64,000 nt of DNA from an uncultured Ruficoccus sp. (GCA_965140785.1 OZ223481.1:64001-128000), one strand, 5' to 3'; counted from the stretch's first letter, positions 40,355 through 53,723 are shown. Numbers and translations: made by a program. The notes: generated by a model from the sequence alone, not told the origin.

Positions 40355-41329
40355 ATGGCTCAGATCACTTACCGCCAAGCAATTAACGACGCCCTCGCCG
40401 AAGAGGTCGAACGCGACGAAAACGTCGTCGTCATGGGTGAGGAAGTCGCCCAGTTCGACGGCGCCTACAAAGTCACCGAGGGCTTGCTCAAGCGCTTCGG
40501 CCCCAAACGCATCGTGGACACGCCCATCTCCGAGGCCGGTTTTCTCGGCATGGGCATCGGCGCCTCCATGATGGGCATCCGTCCAGTCATGGAGCTGATG
40601 TTCTGGAGTTTCTCCTACGTGGCCTTTGACCAGCTCTGCAACAACGCCGCCGCCGTGCGCTACATGTCCGGCGGGCTCATTAACTGCCCGATCGTTGTGC
40701 GCGGCCCGGCCAACGGCGGCACCAACGTCGGCGCCACCCACTCCCACACGCCGGAGAACCTCGTGGCCAACCACCCCGGCATCAAGGTCGTGTGCCCCTC
40801 CAACGCCTACGACGTCAAGGGCCTGATGAAGACCGCCATCCGCGACAACGACCCGGTCTTCGTGATGGAGAACACCATTCTTTATAATGACAAGTGGGAG
40901 GTGCCCGAAGAGGAGTACCTCATCCCGCTGGGCAAGGCCAATATCCTGCGCGAGGGCAAGGACCTCTCCATCATCGCCCACGGGCGCGCCGCCATCACTT
41001 CCCTCAAAGCCGCCGAGGAGCTCAAGTCCAAGCACGACATCGACGTGGAAGTGCTCGACCTGCGCTCCATCCGCCCGCTGGACGAGGAAGCCATCATTGA
41101 GACGGTAAAGAAGACCAACAACGTCCTGCTGGTGGAGGAAAACAAGCCCTTCTGCGGCGTCGGCGCCCAGATCTCCTTCCTCATCCAGGAAAAGGCCTTC
41201 GACTACCTCGACGCGCCGATCAAGCGCATCAGCGCCATCGACTCCCCGCAGATTTACTGCAAAAAGCTCGAAGACATCCAGATCCCCAACGTCGAACGCG
41301 TCGTCAACAAGGTGCTGGAGATGGCGTAG
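40355..41329 (+). CDS. pdhB: pyruvate dehydrogenase E1 beta
   Basis: 'MGEEV', 'DTPISEAGF', 'VRGPANG', 'DLRSIRPLD', 'AFDYLDAP'. Confidence 0.95.
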   Translation: MAQITYRQAINDALAEEVERDENVVVMGEEVAQFDGAYKVTEGLLKRFGPKRIVDTPISEAGFLGMGIGASMMGIRPVMELMFWSFSYVAFDQLCNNAAAVRYMSGGLINCPIVVRGPANGGTNVGATHSHTPENLVANHPGIKVVCPSNAYDVKGLMKTAIRDNDPVFVMENTILYNDKWEVPEEEYLIPLGKANILREGKDLSIIAHGRAAITSLKAAEELKSKHDIDVEVLDLRSIRPLDEEAIIETVKKTNNVLLVEENKPFCGVGAQISFLIQEKAFDYLDAPIKRISAIDSPQIYCKKLEDIQIPNVERVVNKVLEMA

Positions 41330-41340
41330 AGGGACAGGGG

Positions 41341-41467
41341 ATTTATTTAGCCACAAAAAGGCACAGAAGGCACAAAAATGGAGAAGGAGCGTATCCTGGC
41401 TGAGATCCGGCGTACCGCTCTGGAAAACAATGGAGTGCCTTTTGCGCCTTTTTTGCGGCCAATAAAT
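41341..41467. repeat. long imperfect hairpin of CACAAAA-type tandem units, upstream of the GxxExxY gene
   Basis: GCCACAAAAAGGCACAGAAGGCAC (from 41350) pairs with GTGCCTTTTGCGCCTTTTTTGCGGC (41435-41459). Confidence 0.8.
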
Positions 41468-41486
41468 ATTCTCCTTCCATTCGACC

Positions 41487-41867
41487 ATGTCTTGGCAAAA
41501 CATCAATGAGCTTTGCGACATCGTCAGGGAGACCTCGTTTGCCATCCACCGCTACCTGCGCAACGGCCACCTCGAAAAAGTTTACGAAAACGCTCTCGCC
41601 CACCGTCTCCTAAAGCAGGGGCTCAAAGCGATTCAACAACACCCGCTAACCGTTTATGACGAAGACGGCACCATACTAGGTGAATATTTTGCGGACCTTT
41701 ACGTTGAAAATCTGCTTTTCATTGAACTCAAAGCTGGCAAAGCCCTTGCCGATGAACACACAGCACAGCTTCTGGGGTACTTACGGGCGGCTAGAATCGA
41801 ACATGGACTGCTGATTAATTTTGGAGCCCCAAAATTGGAAATCAAAAAATACATCGTATCTCTATAA
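41487..41867 (+). CDS. GxxExxY protein (PD-(D/E)XK nuclease-like)
   Basis: 'GHLEKVYENAL', 'ADLYVE...IELKA', 'AQLLGYL', 'GLLINFG'. Confidence 0.92.
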   Translation: MSWQNINELCDIVRETSFAIHRYLRNGHLEKVYENALAHRLLKQGLKAIQQHPLTVYDEDGTILGEYFADLYVENLLFIELKAGKALADEHTAQLLGYLRAARIEHGLLINFGAPKLEIKKYIVSL

Positions 41868-41885
41868 TGAGCTTAATTTTTCATT

Positions 41886-41958
41886 GCCGCAAAAAGGCAC
41901 AAAAAACACAAAAATTGTCCATATAGGCGCTTTTGTGTTTTTTGTGCCTTTTTGTGGC
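41886..41958. repeat. 28-bp inverted repeat of CACAAAA-type tandem units, downstream of the GxxExxY gene
   Basis: GCCGCAAAAAGGCACAAAAAACACAAAA, 17-nt loop, TTTTGTGTTTTTTGTGCCTTTTTGTGGC (1 mismatch). Confidence 0.88.
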
Positions 41959-42020
41959 CAAATTCTTTCTTCCACCCTGGCGTTGACGCCGCCATTCTGC
42001 ACGCTACCTTACAAGACACC

Positions 42021-43430
42021 ATGGCCGAAATTATCGAAATGCCCAAACTGAGCGACACCATGACGGTGGGCACGCTCGTGAGCTGGTTGAAAAAGGAGGG
42101 CGACGAAGTCGCTTCCGGCGACATGATCTGCGAAGTGGAGACCGACAAGGCCACCATGGAGGTCGAGTGCTTCGCCGACGGCGTCCTGCTCAAGCACTAT
42201 GTTGCCGAGGGCGGGGAGATTCCCGTCGGCTCGCCCATGTGCGCCGTCGGTGAAAAGGGCGAAGAGCCCCCCTCCGTCGATACCGACGCCATCGCCGAAA
42301 AGGCCGAGGAGCTCAAAACGGAAGAATCCGACGAGAACGAGGGCGAAGACAAGTCGAAGGAAGAACCGGCCGAAAAGCCCGAGGAAGCCCCGACCCAATC
42401 CGCCCCGGCCCAGCCCTCCGGCGGCGCCAAGCCCGAGCCCGAAGGTCGCAAGCAGGAGTACATCCCCGACGAGGATGAAGCCCCCGCGCCGAAAAAATCC
42501 GACGGTGGCCGCATCAAAGTTTCCCCCCTGGCCCGCAATCTGGCCGAGGAAAAAGGCATCCCGCTCGAAGCCATTACTGGCTCCGGTCCGAATGGGCGTA
42601 TTGTGAAAAAGGACGTGCTCAAGGCCGAGAAGGAAGGCGTCAAGGCCCCCGCTCCCCAGGCCGACTCCAAGCCGTCCGCTCCCGCCGCCCCGGCTCAGTA
42701 CCAACCGGTGGGTGCGCCCATCGCCGAGGACGGCAAGATCAAGGTCTCCAACATGCGCAAGGCTATCGCCACGCGCCTGGTCGAGTCCAAGACCACCATC
42801 CCGCATTTTTACCTCGAAGCCGAGGTGGACGCCGCCGCCCTGCTGGCGCTGCGTGCCGAGATCAATTACCATCTCGCCAACCGCGCGCCCGAAGAAGGCG
42901 GTATCAAGCTGACCGTCAACGACTTCATCCTCAAAGCCTCGGCCGAGGCCCTGCGCCGCGTGCCGGGCGTCAACTGCTCCTGGATGGGCGACCATATCCA
43001 GCAGCACGGAGCCGTTCACCTGGCCTTCGGTGTCGCCGTGCCCGAGGGGTTGGTCACGCCGGTCATCCGTGACGCCCATGCCAAGAGCGTGCGCCAGATC
43101 AGCATCGAGGCCAAGGAGCTCATCCAGAAGGCCCGCAACAAGAAGCTGACCCCGAACGACATGAGCGGCTCGACCTTTACCGTGACGAACCTCGGCATGT
43201 ACGGCACGACCGGCTTCTACGGCATCATCAATCCGCCCAACGCCGCCATCCTTTCGGTCGGTGCCACCCTGAAGAAGCCCGTGGTGGACAAGGACGGCAA
43301 CATTGTGGTCGGCCAGCGCATGGCGATCGGCCTCTCCGGCGACCACCGCGTGATCGACGGGGCCACCGGCGCGGAGTTCCTCCAGGCGCTTCAGGCCGTG
43401 CTCGAGACCCCGGCCCTGATGCTCGTCTAG
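42021..43430 (+). CDS. pdhC: pyruvate dehydrogenase E2, dihydrolipoamide acetyltransferase
   Basis: Lipoyl 'EVETDKAT', E3-binding 'SPLARNLA...GSGPNGRI', catalytic 'DHRVIDG'. Confidence 0.95.
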   Translation: MAEIIEMPKLSDTMTVGTLVSWLKKEGDEVASGDMICEVETDKATMEVECFADGVLLKHYVAEGGEIPVGSPMCAVGEKGEEPPSVDTDAIAEKAEELKTEESDENEGEDKSKEEPAEKPEEAPTQSAPAQPSGGAKPEPEGRKQEYIPDEDEAPAPKKSDGGRIKVSPLARNLAEEKGIPLEAITGSGPNGRIVKKDVLKAEKEGVKAPAPQADSKPSAPAAPAQYQPVGAPIAEDGKIKVSNMRKAIATRLVESKTTIPHFYLEAEVDAAALLALRAEINYHLANRAPEEGGIKLTVNDFILKASAEALRRVPGVNCSWMGDHIQQHGAVHLAFGVAVPEGLVTPVIRDAHAKSVRQISIEAKELIQKARNKKLTPNDMSGSTFTVTNLGMYGTTGFYGIINPPNAAILSVGATLKKPVVDKDGNIVVGQRMAIGLSGDHRVIDGATGAEFLQALQAVLETPALMLV

Positions 43431-43460
43431 GTACGGATAGCCCGTTTTTCCTCAGAAAGA

Positions 43461-43491
43461 ACGCCCCTGTTTGTCGCAGGGGCGTTTTTTT
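43461..43491 (+). terminator. intrinsic terminator of the pdh operon
   Basis: ACGCCCCTG...CAGGGGCGT followed by a T run. Confidence 0.8.
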
Positions 43492-43646
43492 ATCAAGAAA
43501 ATGGGGTAAGCGTCCGACAATAACCGCATCTCATACTTGCAATAAGGAAAAAGTGAGGGCAACTGTCTCTATACCCGGGAGTTAAGCGCCCTGCCCCATT
43601 GCTGGCCTGGAGCCACTTGACACCCCACCCCCAAACGCGGCCGACT

Positions 43647-45494
43647 ATGCGCGAAAAATCGGACAAGACCCACTCCTACCCCGGTCGCTATGTCGATTCC
43701 AACCGTATCGTAATGATTATCGCCATCATGGCGCTGATGGCCTACGGCATCGCCGGGCTCGCCATCTGGGTCATCTACGAAGCCCGCCTCAAGCAGTACA
43801 GCCAAAACCTCCTGGGCGCCGCCCAGAACAAGGTCGCCCTGCTCAACTATATCACGCGAGAGCACATCGCCCGGGAGCACACGACTTCTTCCCCTCACTC
43901 CGCCGACGGTCACATCCACTACGAGGATATAGACAGCCAGGACCGGGCGAAGATTTTAGAGCATTTCGCGGAGGCCGTGACCGGCAGCGGGAGCTTCCGG
44001 GCCACCGGAGAGAACGTTCTCGGCTACACGCTGAACGGAAAGCTGTATATCCACACCAGTCGGCAGGAGCCGGGCAGCGAGCCTTATGTCGTAAATACGG
44101 GCGCACCCGTCGCCGAACCTCTGAAGCGGGCACTGGCGGGCGAAAGCGGCAGCTTAATGGCCCGGGATTACCGGAATGAAAAGGTGATAGCCGCCATGGT
44201 CCCGCTGCCCGAAATTGACGCCGCCATGGTGGTAAAGATGGATATGTCGGAATTCAGTGCCCCCTACCGGCGGGCGATTTTCATCACCTTGGCTGGCGGC
44301 ACGGTTCTGATTATTCTCAGCAGTCTGTTCTGCTGGCGCGAGGGCCACCGGATCATCAGCAAGCTCGCCTTCAGTGAGAACCGCTACCGCACGCTGATGG
44401 ACAACGTCCCCCTGTGCGTCTTTCTCAAAGACGGCAACGGCATTTATCTGACCGCGAACCGGTATTTCTACATGCGCTACGGGGTGAACAAAAAGAGCAT
44501 TCCCAAGCTGACCGACCACACGATTTTTCCTCCGGAGAGCGTACGCAAGCATATGGATGACGACCATCGCGTGCTTAAGGAGGGGATCACCCTCACCGGC
44601 TACGAAAACCAGATGGTCAAAGGTGAGGAGCGCATCATCCGCTACCTCAAGTGCCCCCTGAAGGACGACGATGGCGAGCCGCTGGGTATTGTGGGCATCC
44701 ACCAGGACGTGACTCAGGACCGCCGTAATTCGGAGGCCCTCAAAAAGCTCAATGCCGAACTGGAGATCCAAGTGCGCAAACGCACTGCCCAGTTGGAGCT
44801 GGCCAACCGGGAGCTGGAAAGCTTCGCCTACGCGGTGTCCCACGACCTGCGTGCCCCGCTACGGGCCATGGCGGGCTTCAGTGAGGCGCTCAAGGAGGAG
44901 TACGGCGAGCGTTTCGACGAGACCGCGGCCGACTACATTCAGCGTATCCTGCGAGCCACTAACAACATGGCCGAACTGATCGACAGCCTTCTGAGCCTGT
45001 CGCGCTCCACCCTCGGCGAACTCAACATCGTGCCGCTGGATCTTTCCCAGATGGCCCGGGACGTGTTTGAAGACCTCCGGAGCTCGGACCCGAGTCACCG
45101 CCCGCAAATCGTCATCGCCCCCGACCTGAAGGCAGACGGAGACAAGCGCCTCATCCGCAATGTCCTCGAAAATCTCATCGGCAACGCCTGGAAATACTCC
45201 ACCAAGGCCACCGAACCCCGCATCGAAGTCGGCAGCGAGAGGCTGCGCCCTCCCGGCGAAGAATCCGAAGAGATGGAGACGTTTTTCGTCCGCGACAATG
45301 GAGCGGGCTTTGATATGGCCTACGCGAACAAGCTTTTCCGCCCTTTCCAGCGCCTGCATCATGAAAAAGAATATCAGGGTTCGGGAATCGGACTGGCCAC
45401 GGTGGAGAGAATTGTTCATCGTCACAACGGTCGGATCTGGGCGGAAAGTGAGCCCGGACGAGGAGCCACGTTTTACTTCACGCTGGATCAATAA
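43647..45494 (+). CDS. membrane PAS sensor histidine kinase
   Basis: Two TMs, PAS, H-box 'FAYAVSHDLRAPLR', 'NLIGNAWKY', 'DNGAGF', 'GSGIGLA'. Confidence 0.92.
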   Translation: MREKSDKTHSYPGRYVDSNRIVMIIAIMALMAYGIAGLAIWVIYEARLKQYSQNLLGAAQNKVALLNYITREHIAREHTTSSPHSADGHIHYEDIDSQDRAKILEHFAEAVTGSGSFRATGENVLGYTLNGKLYIHTSRQEPGSEPYVVNTGAPVAEPLKRALAGESGSLMARDYRNEKVIAAMVPLPEIDAAMVVKMDMSEFSAPYRRAIFITLAGGTVLIILSSLFCWREGHRIISKLAFSENRYRTLMDNVPLCVFLKDGNGIYLTANRYFYMRYGVNKKSIPKLTDHTIFPPESVRKHMDDDHRVLKEGITLTGYENQMVKGEERIIRYLKCPLKDDDGEPLGIVGIHQDVTQDRRNSEALKKLNAELEIQVRKRTAQLELANRELESFAYAVSHDLRAPLRAMAGFSEALKEEYGERFDETAADYIQRILRATNNMAELIDSLLSLSRSTLGELNIVPLDLSQMARDVFEDLRSSDPSHRPQIVIAPDLKADGDKRLIRNVLENLIGNAWKYSTKATEPRIEVGSERLRPPGEESEEMETFFVRDNGAGFDMAYANKLFRPFQRLHHEKEYQGSGIGLATVERIVHRHNGRIWAESEPGRGATFYFTLDQ

Positions 45495-45498
45495 GCCC

Positions 45499-45951
45499 AT
45501 GGCCTTCATGAAAGCCCAAAAAATTCTGCTGGTCGAAGACAACCCCGATGACGAAGCCCTGACCTTGCGGGCCTTGAAGAAGTGCGGGGTGGCGAACCAC
45601 GTCGATGTCGTCCGCAACGGGCAAGACGCGGTTGATTACCTGCTTGCCCACGGGAAATTTGAAGGCCGTGATGCCCGGGACCTGCCTCAACTGGTGCTGC
45701 TGGATCTCAAGCTGCCCATGCTCGACGGGTTGGAAGTGCTCGAGATCATCCGCCGGGAGGAAACCACCCGTACCCTGCCAGTCGTCATCTTCACCTCCTC
45801 CAAGGAAAAGTCCGACCTGACACAAGGCTACAAGCTCGGGGTTAACAGCTTCGTGTGCAAGCCGATAAACTTTGCAGAGTTCAGCGAATCCATCCGCCAA
45901 CTGGGGCTGTACTGGCTGCTCATCAACGAACCGCCGCCCCCGGTCTATTGA
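45499..45951 (+). CDS. single-domain response regulator (Rcp1-like)
   Basis: 'ILLVEDNPDD', 'LLDLKLP', 'FTSS', 'KP...YW'. Confidence 0.9.
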   Translation: MAFMKAQKILLVEDNPDDEALTLRALKKCGVANHVDVVRNGQDAVDYLLAHGKFEGRDARDLPQLVLLDLKLPMLDGLEVLEIIRREETTRTLPVVIFTSSKEKSDLTQGYKLGVNSFVCKPINFAEFSESIRQLGLYWLLINEPPPPVY

Positions 45952-45974
45952 AGCCCTTCCACCCCCATCGTCAC

Positions 45975-49442
<3,468 letters not shown>

Positions 49443-49564
49443 GGCCGCCCCCGCTCATTCTTCAGACGGGCAACGAGCCGGAGACACATCTCACCCGCTC
49501 GCTTTATCAAAGGAAAAATACCCCGGACACGCCCGGAAAAAATCGGACCGTCGCCCCGGCAAGC

Positions 49565-49834
49565 TTATTGGTAGCGCTGCGAGGGATCGTAAACCGGCGA
49601 ATCAAAAGCCGACCCGGAAGAGTGACCCTCCTTGAGCATCGGGTTCTCGGCGGCTTCGGCGGTGCGCTTCTCGTTGGCCGCCTTTACGCGGTCGGCGTAG
49701 GTCCCCACCTCATCCGTGTTCCCGGTGATGGTCGAGCGGATCGGGTCCCGGCCCACGTCGTCCGGGTAGGAATCACAACCGGCCGTTCCAAGCAGGCAGG
49801 CCGCCAACAGACTGAGGAGAATAACCGGCTTCAT
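49565..49834 (-). CDS. small lipoprotein
   Basis: Signal peptide with lipobox TAGC. Confidence 0.6.
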   Translation of the reverse strand: MKPVILLSLLAACLLGTAGCDSYPDDVGRDPIRSTITGNTDEVGTYADRVKAANEKRTAEAAENPMLKEGHSSGSAFDSPVYDPSQRYQ

Positions 49835-50050
49835 AACAGGATAAATAGCCGAGCCTTTCGCCCAAAGTCAAGCAGGCGAATGACTTATTATGCCTCTGCC
49901 ACCCCACGCAGGCAGGGGTTCTGGCACCACCGGAGGAGAGGGCAAAGGCCGTAAAAGCCCTCACCGGGCTAGCTATTCGTCCTTTTCCGTCTTCCTCGTA
50001 AGCCTCTCAATGAGAGCGGGCGGAGAGCCGCCTGGCGGCTTTCGCCGGCG

Positions 50051-52015
50051 CTAGCCTTCGGCGCGCTGACGGGCGTCGGCTTCGAGGGCTTTTTTCATGG
50101 CCTCGACCTTCTCCATCGTGGCGGCCTTGACCGAGTCCAGCGCTTCGGTCGAGTCCACCGGCTCGTGGGCGAAGCAGTAGAACTTGATCTTCGGCTCGGT
50201 GCCGGACCCGCGCACCGCGTAGCGGTAGCCGTTGTCCAGCTCGACGAAGTAAAAGTCCTCCTTCGGGATCGGCTTGGCGTCGGCGTCGGAGATTTCATCC
50301 CGGCCAAAGTCGATCAGCTTGACCACCTTGGCCCCGGCAATTTCCTTTGGCGGATTGCTGCGGTAGCTGTCGATGATGTTGCGGATCTTCTGCGAGCCGG
50401 CCGCGCCCTCGAAGTAGAGGTTGAGCAGCGTCTCGGCGTAATAGCCGTACTTGAGGTAAAGTCCGTCCAGGTACTCGCCCAGCGTCAGGTTCTGCCCCTT
50501 GAGGTAGGCCATCAGCTCGCTGAACATGAGGATCGCGCCGGTGGCGTCCTTGTCGCGCACCCGGTCGCTGGCGAGGTAGCCGTAGCTCTCCTCGCCGCCG
50601 AAAACGTAATACGTGCTGTAGTCAAGCAGCAGGCCGACGCGAGTCGAGAGGTCGGTCTCGTCGTAGTCGATGGCGAGCCCTTCCTCTTCGAAAAGCCGGT
50701 CCTCGAGATCCTCCTCGTAGTGCTTGAGCTTTTCGCCGATCCACTTGAAGCCGGTCAGCGTGTTGATGCACTTGAGGCCGTGTGCCTGGGCGATGGCTTC
50801 CTGCATCGGGGTGGTGACGAAGGTCTTGATCAAGGCGGCGTTTTCGCTGCCCTCCAGCGGGACGATGCCGATTTCCTTGAGCTTGGCCACGCGGTACTCG
50901 GCCAGGCAGGAGCCGAGCTGGTTGCCGGTGTAGAGCACCATCTTGCCGTCCTTGTCGCGGGCGCCCACGCCGAGGCGGTCGGCGTCCGGGTCGGTCGCGA
51001 TAACGGCGTCGGCCTGGCACTCCTCGGCCTTTTTCAGGGCCAGATCGAAGGCGCTCTTGACCTCGGGATTGGGCGACTCGACGGTCGGGAAACGCCCGTC
51101 CTGCACCATCTGCTCCTCCACCGGGTGCACCTCGACGCCGAAGACCTCCATCATCGGCAGGGCGCTGATGGCGCCGGTGCCGTGGTTGGGGGTGAAGACG
51201 AATTTCGGGGTGGCCTTTTCAAAGACTTCCGGGTCGAGCACGTTGTCCTCCAGCGCCTCGTAGTAAGCCTCGTCCACCGAAACCGGCAGCGTGACTACGG
51301 CGGAGAGATCCTTCTCAAGGAACGGCGGCAGCTCGCTCAGTTCGACGCTCTGGAACTCCTTGATAATCGCTTCGGCGTGCGGGCTAACGACCTGGGCTCC
51401 GTCGCAGAAGTAGGCCTTGAAGCCGTTGTCGTGCGGGGGGTTGTGGCTGGCGGTGATGACCACTCCGGCGGTGCACTTGAGGTGGCGCACGGCGAAGCTC
51501 AGGTGCGGGGTGGCCCGCGGCCCGTCAAAAATCATGGCCAGCCCACCTAGCTTGGTCCAGGTGGAGGCGGCCAGCTCGCAGAAGTGCCGCGAGTAGTGGC
51601 GCACGTCGTGGCCGATGACCAGCTTGGGCGTGTCGAACTGCTCGACCTCCTCCAGGTACTCCTGACAGTGGCGGTAGAGCCCGATGGTGGCCCGGATGAG
51701 GTTGAAGTCGTTGAGCATGTTCGTGCCCACGGCGGGGTGCTCGGGGGCGCCCTGGTCAGTCGGCGTGCCCTGCTCGCTGGGGGCGGTGACCTCGCCGATG
51801 GTGCGCGTGCGCATGCCACCGGTGCCGAACTTGATCAGTTGGTAAAAGCGGTTGTTGAGCTCGTCCCAGGCCTCCTGGGCGACCAGTTCATCGATGGCCG
51901 AGACGGCCCAGTCCGGAAGGAAGCCACCCTCCAGCCAGGCGGTGATGTTCTCGACGCTTGAGGGCAACAGTTTACCGGCTTCCCCGGCTTGTTTGACGGT
52001 TTCCAAGGTGGTCAT
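50051..52015 (-). CDS. phosphoglucomutase / phosphomannomutase family
   Basis: 'FGTGGMR', 'ITASHNP', 'DPDADR', 'GEESYG', 'RGSGTEPKIK'. Confidence 0.92.
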   Translation of the reverse strand: MTTLETVKQAGEAGKLLPSSVENITAWLEGGFLPDWAVSAIDELVAQEAWDELNNRFYQLIKFGTGGMRTRTIGEVTAPSEQGTPTDQGAPEHPAVGTNMLNDFNLIRATIGLYRHCQEYLEEVEQFDTPKLVIGHDVRHYSRHFCELAASTWTKLGGLAMIFDGPRATPHLSFAVRHLKCTAGVVITASHNPPHDNGFKAYFCDGAQVVSPHAEAIIKEFQSVELSELPPFLEKDLSAVVTLPVSVDEAYYEALEDNVLDPEVFEKATPKFVFTPNHGTGAISALPMMEVFGVEVHPVEEQMVQDGRFPTVESPNPEVKSAFDLALKKAEECQADAVIATDPDADRLGVGARDKDGKMVLYTGNQLGSCLAEYRVAKLKEIGIVPLEGSENAALIKTFVTTPMQEAIAQAHGLKCINTLTGFKWIGEKLKHYEEDLEDRLFEEEGLAIDYDETDLSTRVGLLLDYSTYYVFGGEESYGYLASDRVRDKDATGAILMFSELMAYLKGQNLTLGEYLDGLYLKYGYYAETLLNLYFEGAAGSQKIRNIIDSYRSNPPKEIAGAKVVKLIDFGRDEISDADAKPIPKEDFYFVELDNGYRYAVRGSGTEPKIKFYCFAHEPVDSTEALDSVKAATMEKVEAMKKALEADARQRAEG

Positions 52016-52022
52016 GGGATGT

Positions 52023-52171
52023 AATGGGTTAAATGGCTAAATGGTTATAATGGTTGAATGGTCAGAATGGCTGAGGGCGGGATGGTCAGGGGACGAGTAA
52101 CGGACAGCCGGTAAAAACAACCGGCTCCACCGTCCCATAACTATATAACCCATTAGCCATTTAACCATTTT
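52023..52171. repeat. inverted pair of AATGGTTA-type tandem repeats
   Basis: AATGGGTTAAATGGCTAAATGGTTA... versus ...TAACCCATTAGCCATTTAACCATTT. Confidence 0.7.
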
Positions 52172-53599
52172 CTATTCGATGACGAGCCCCTCGACGATGG
52201 CGGGCGGGTTGTCCAGCTTGCCCCAAGCCTCGACAAAGGTGTCCTGGCTGTCGGCAAAAAGCGGGCTGATCTCGAAGGTGATGGCGGGCAGGCCGGAGCC
52301 GTCCTTTTCCACCGCCACACCGGCGGCCTCCAGCCAGCGGGCGTACTCGCGCAGTTGGTCCTCGCGGCTGGTCTGCGGGGAGTCGTCGCCCTCGGCGTTC
52401 TTGACCGGGCTGAAATCATCCGCCCGCGCCGTCTCGATGATGACCGGGTTCTCGGCGAAGGGCAGCGCGTCGAAAACGAACATCTCGAACTTCACGCCGT
52501 TGGGAGCATCGGGCTTGTGGGTGTGCCCCTCGGAGGAAACGACGGGGATCTTCTTGTCCGCCCGGTGGAAGGGAAGGCTGGCCTCGGGGTTGTCCCCGCC
52601 CATGCGCCCGATGAACTCGCGCCCAAGGATGTGGATGGCGATGCTGCCGCCGAGGAAGCGGAGCTGATCCTTGTCGTCGCGGGCCTCGGCCAGCTCGTCG
52701 GGCATGTCGCTGTACTCGACCACCACCGTCTTGCCACGCTGCACGCAGAAGTGGCCGACTTTTTCCTTGGCGTGGGCCTTGGGCAGCATTTTTGAGGACA
52801 TCTCAGACTCACCCTTGATATGGAAGCCGATAAAGGCCGGGTCGATGATCTTGATCAGCGGGTTGTCCACCTGGAAGTAGCTGACCACATCGACGCCCAG
52901 CTCCTCCATCTTGGCCAGCGCGCCGGAGCGCACCAGCGCCCGCAGCGAGCCGCCGTGCCCGTCCGGGCTCATGGCGACCTTGGCGGGCTCTTCGAGAAGG
53001 ATCTTGCCGTCGTAATCGACCGCCGGCATCAGCCCCTGCTGGAAGAAGTGCACGTGCTCCTCGTCCAAGCCGAAAAAGGCGTGCTGCTCGAAAAACTTCA
53101 CCGTGGCCGCGTGGTTGATGTGGCTGGTCATGATGAACCAGGGGATCGGCTTGCCGAAGCGGCGGCTGGCGGCGAGGATCTTTTCGGCGAAAACCTGGAA
53201 GAGCGAGTGCTTGCGCACCGGGGTCACGGGGAAAGTGCCCTTCGGGCCGTCGTAGCCCAGGCGCGTGCCCTGCCCGCCGGCCACCACAAAGGCGGCCACG
53301 CGTCCGGCCTTGAGCGCCTTTTCGCCCAGCGCCTTGGCCTCGGCCCACTCGGCCTCGTCCCCGCCGTTGACGGGCAGCGGGATATACGGGGCCGGTTCGA
53401 GGTCGCTCAGGTCGATCCCCTGGGCACCCTTGCCGAAGACCAGGTCGGCCACCAGCCGGTCAATTTCCTTCAGATCGATTTGCTTGGCCTGGGCACAGAG
53501 CGCCTCGCGCTCCTCCCCCGAGAGCTGGTCCCAAAAACGGAACACCTGCTCCTGCCCGGCGGCTTTAAATGATTCCCGTAACGCAGCATGATCAGACAT
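52172..53599 (-). CDS. UDPGP type-1 family, UDP-N-acetylglucosamine pyrophosphorylase (UAP1-like)
   Basis: 'AGGQGTRLG..GPKG', 'PDGHGG', 'VDNPL', 'VVEYS', 'KFEMFVFD', 'FSPVKN'. Confidence 0.88.
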   Translation of the reverse strand: MSDHAALRESFKAAGQEQVFRFWDQLSGEEREALCAQAKQIDLKEIDRLVADLVFGKGAQGIDLSDLEPAPYIPLPVNGGDEAEWAEAKALGEKALKAGRVAAFVVAGGQGTRLGYDGPKGTFPVTPVRKHSLFQVFAEKILAASRRFGKPIPWFIMTSHINHAATVKFFEQHAFFGLDEEHVHFFQQGLMPAVDYDGKILLEEPAKVAMSPDGHGGSLRALVRSGALAKMEELGVDVVSYFQVDNPLIKIIDPAFIGFHIKGESEMSSKMLPKAHAKEKVGHFCVQRGKTVVVEYSDMPDELAEARDDKDQLRFLGGSIAIHILGREFIGRMGGDNPEASLPFHRADKKIPVVSSEGHTHKPDAPNGVKFEMFVFDALPFAENPVIIETARADDFSPVKNAEGDDSPQTSREDQLREYARWLEAAGVAVEKDGSGLPAITFEISPLFADSQDTFVEAWGKLDNPPAIVEGLVIE

Positions 53600-53665
53600 G
53601 CCGCCGTGTGTAAGCGCCCCCCGCCCTCAGGGCAACGAAAAAGCAGGGCATGCCCTGCACCCTCG

Positions 53666-53723
53666 GTGCTCACGCACTGGAATGGGGCTGCGCCCCATCG
53701 CGGCCAGAAAGGCCGCTGCCCCG
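53666..53723 (+). repeat. three-hairpin GTAG-type REP, copy 7
   Basis: ATGGGGCTGCGCCCCATCGCGGCCAGAAAGGCCGCTGCCCCG. Confidence 0.72.
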
